Part shown: piece by piece, positions 62,435 through 64,000 of the stretch
How positions within the stretch are numbered: the stretch's first letter is position 1
Layout: each line of letters begins with the position of its first letter
Assembly (NCBI GenBank): GCA_038867615.1
Contig: JAWBYA010000001.1
Coordinates: forward strand, 128,001 to 192,000
Direction of reading: 5' to 3'
Source: Sulfolobales archaeon
GTDB taxonomy: Archaea > Thermoproteota > Thermoprotei_A > Sulfolobales > AG1
Length of the DNA stretch: 64,000 bases
Translations under genes and position numbers: made by a program
Notes under the pieces: generated by a model
The model's database searches: none
What the model saw: only the letters and a program-made list of their open reading frames with translations
Told to the model about the DNA's origin: nothing

Positions 62435-63178
62435 TCAACCCCTTATCGCGTTCGAGAGGCTTCTAACGAAATCCACAGCATTGCTGGGATCTCTACCAAG
62501 TCTCCTGATCACCTCGCTCCCCACCACAGCTATATCAGCACCCCCTCTGAGTATCGCTATAAGCCTGTCGGCGCTGTTTATGCCGAAGCCAACTGCTAGT
62601 GGGGCTCTGCCTTTTATTAGCTCCCTAGCTATCGATATGTTTCTCAGAACCTGTATTGGAAGGCTAGTCCCTGTTGATGCCTGGAGTCCGAGATAGATCA
62701 TGTATGGCTCTAGCTCTGAGATCTTCTCTACAAGCTTGTAGGGGGTTTTTGATGATATAAAGAAGCACGGCTCGAGACCATAATCTCTCGAAGCCTTTGT
62801 ATATAGATCAAGCTTCTCTGGGTACTCTATCAGGAGGTCTGGTGTTAGGAGACATTTGAAACCGAGATCCGCTATAGATCCTAGGATCTTGCTGAGATCC
62901 GCGCCTATCTCTGAATAGTACGCTAGGGCTACTAGATCGCATTTAAGCTTTGACAGTTCCGAGTAGCTCTTTATATGCTGGGGCAGAACACCTTTTCCAA
63001 GGATCTCCCTATGGGCTTTCCGTATAACGGGGCCATCGTATATGGGGCTGCGTGTCGGTATTCCTATTTCTAGCATATCTATAAGGTTGCTGATCAAGCC
63101 GATATATTCGAGGAACGTTTTGGGTTCAGGATATCCTAGGGGTATGTATATACCTAACCTCTTACCATTTAGATCCAT
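62435..63178 (-). CDS. trpA: Tryptophan synthase alpha chain
   Basis: GYP, EIGIP...YDGPVI, PDL, VGFGI, VVGS. Confidence 0.92.
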   Translation of the reverse strand: MDLNGKRLGIYIPLGYPEPKTFLEYIGLISNLIDMLEIGIPTRSPIYDGPVIRKAHREILGKGVLPQHIKSYSELSKLKCDLVALAYYSEIGADLSKILGSIADLGFKCLLTPDLLIEYPEKLDLYTKASRDYGLEPCFFISSKTPYKLVEKISELEPYMIYLGLQASTGTSLPIQVLRNISIARELIKGRAPLAVGFGINSADRLIAILRGGADIAVVGSEVIRRLGRDPSNAVDFVRSLSNAIRG

Positions 63179-63320
63179 TGGCGCATCTCAAAACCCTCGG
63201 AGGTAACTTTATTAAGAATGCTTATAAGTTTATCACTGCTTATGATTAGAGCGTGTTACGCAGAGATCTCTGTTCCAAGCATCTATATATGCTTCGAATG
63301 ATAATGGATCGTGTGGGAGT

Positions 63321-64000
63321 ATGAGGGCGGTTTTTCTAACCGGACTCGGCGGTTATGAGGTGCTTGTGGAGAAAGAGACCGATGTCCCCAAGATCTCTGG
63401 CAATGAGGTGCTGATAAGGGTTAGGGGTTGTGGTGTTTGTTATAGAGATACTCTTGTCAGGAGGGGTTTTATGAGGGCAAGGATCCCAGTGATACTTGGT
63501 CACGAGGTTTCTGGAGAGATCGTCGAGGTTGGGGATAGTGTTGAGGGTTTCTCTAAGGGTGATCTTGTTGCGTCTCTCATTTACTCATACGATCCTCGTG
63601 ATAAGAGCTGTGCCGGTGGGAGAGAGAATATATGTAGATCCAGGATCTCGATTGGCGAGGATAGGGATGGGTGCTACGCCGAATATATAGCTCTACCATA
63701 CTGGGTTCTTGAGAATATAGGAAGCCCGGGTAACGCGCCGCCAGAGAGTTATAGCATAGCGGCATGTGTTGTCGGAACAGCTGTGAGGGCGGTTAAAACC
63801 ATAGGCAGGATCTCGCAGGGAGAGAGCGTCCTGGTAACAGGTGCAGGGGGAGGGGTGGGGATACACGCGATCCAGGTTGCCAAGGCCCTCGGAGCCAGGG
63901 TTATAGCTGCTACGAGGAGTCCTGAGAAGGCCGAGGTTATTAGAAAGGCCGGGGCTGATGATCTCATAATATATAGAGAGGGGTTCTCTGAGGAGGTTAG
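63321..64000 (+). CDS. Zn-dependent medium-chain dehydrogenase/reductase (acryloyl-CoA reductase-like), truncated by the window end
   Basis: Own translation from ATG 63321: MRAVFLTG...GVCYRD...ILGHE.SG...GAGGGVG; absent from the ORF track because it runs off the end. Confidence 0.85.
   Translation, partial: MRAVFLTGLGGYEVLVEKETDVPKISGNEVLIRVRGCGVCYRDTLVRRGFMRARIPVILGHEVSGEIVEVGDSVEGFSKGDLVASLIYSYDPRDKSCAGGRENICRSRISIGEDRDGCYAEYIALPYWVLENIGSPGNAPPESYSIAACVVGTAVRAVKTIGRISQGESVLVTGAGGGVGIHAIQVAKALGARVIAATRSPEKAEVIRKAGADDLIIYREGFSEEV

Overview
A 64-kb archaeal chromosomal segment. Gene content (TFE, L7Ae, GatE, IPK plus type-2 IDI, bifunctional PGI/PMI, TrpB2-type trp operon, DUF2153) points to a thermophilic crenarchaeon (Thermoproteota, probably Desulfurococcales-like; this placement is inference). 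Most genes are housekeeping or metabolic: pyrG-guaB-guaA, ABC/ECF transporters, peptidases, ETF and trpABDFEGC. There is also a respiratory block with a heme-copper oxidase (subunit I+III fusion, split subunit II), a Tat-exported Cys-type formate dehydrogenase and Moco genes. No CRISPR array, rRNA or tRNA was found. Signals not explained by ordinary annotation: (1) strong over-representation of the palindrome RGATCY (roughly 10-20x over random in hand-counted tracts), together with an orphan CcrM/M.HinfI-like adenine methyltransferase; (2) four intergenic non-autonomous elements in two families, with imperfect CCG...(C)GG inverted ends, a TATA box and a conserved structured right end resembling a tnpB 3' end, i.e. 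possible stand-alone omegaRNA guide loci; (3) a nucleotide-sugar dehydrogenase with its catalytic Cys replaced by Ser; (4) a moeA whose conserved N-terminus has no canonical start codon; (5) a foreign-looking secreted Cys-rich protein. All identifications come from motif recognition by eye; no database searches were run.
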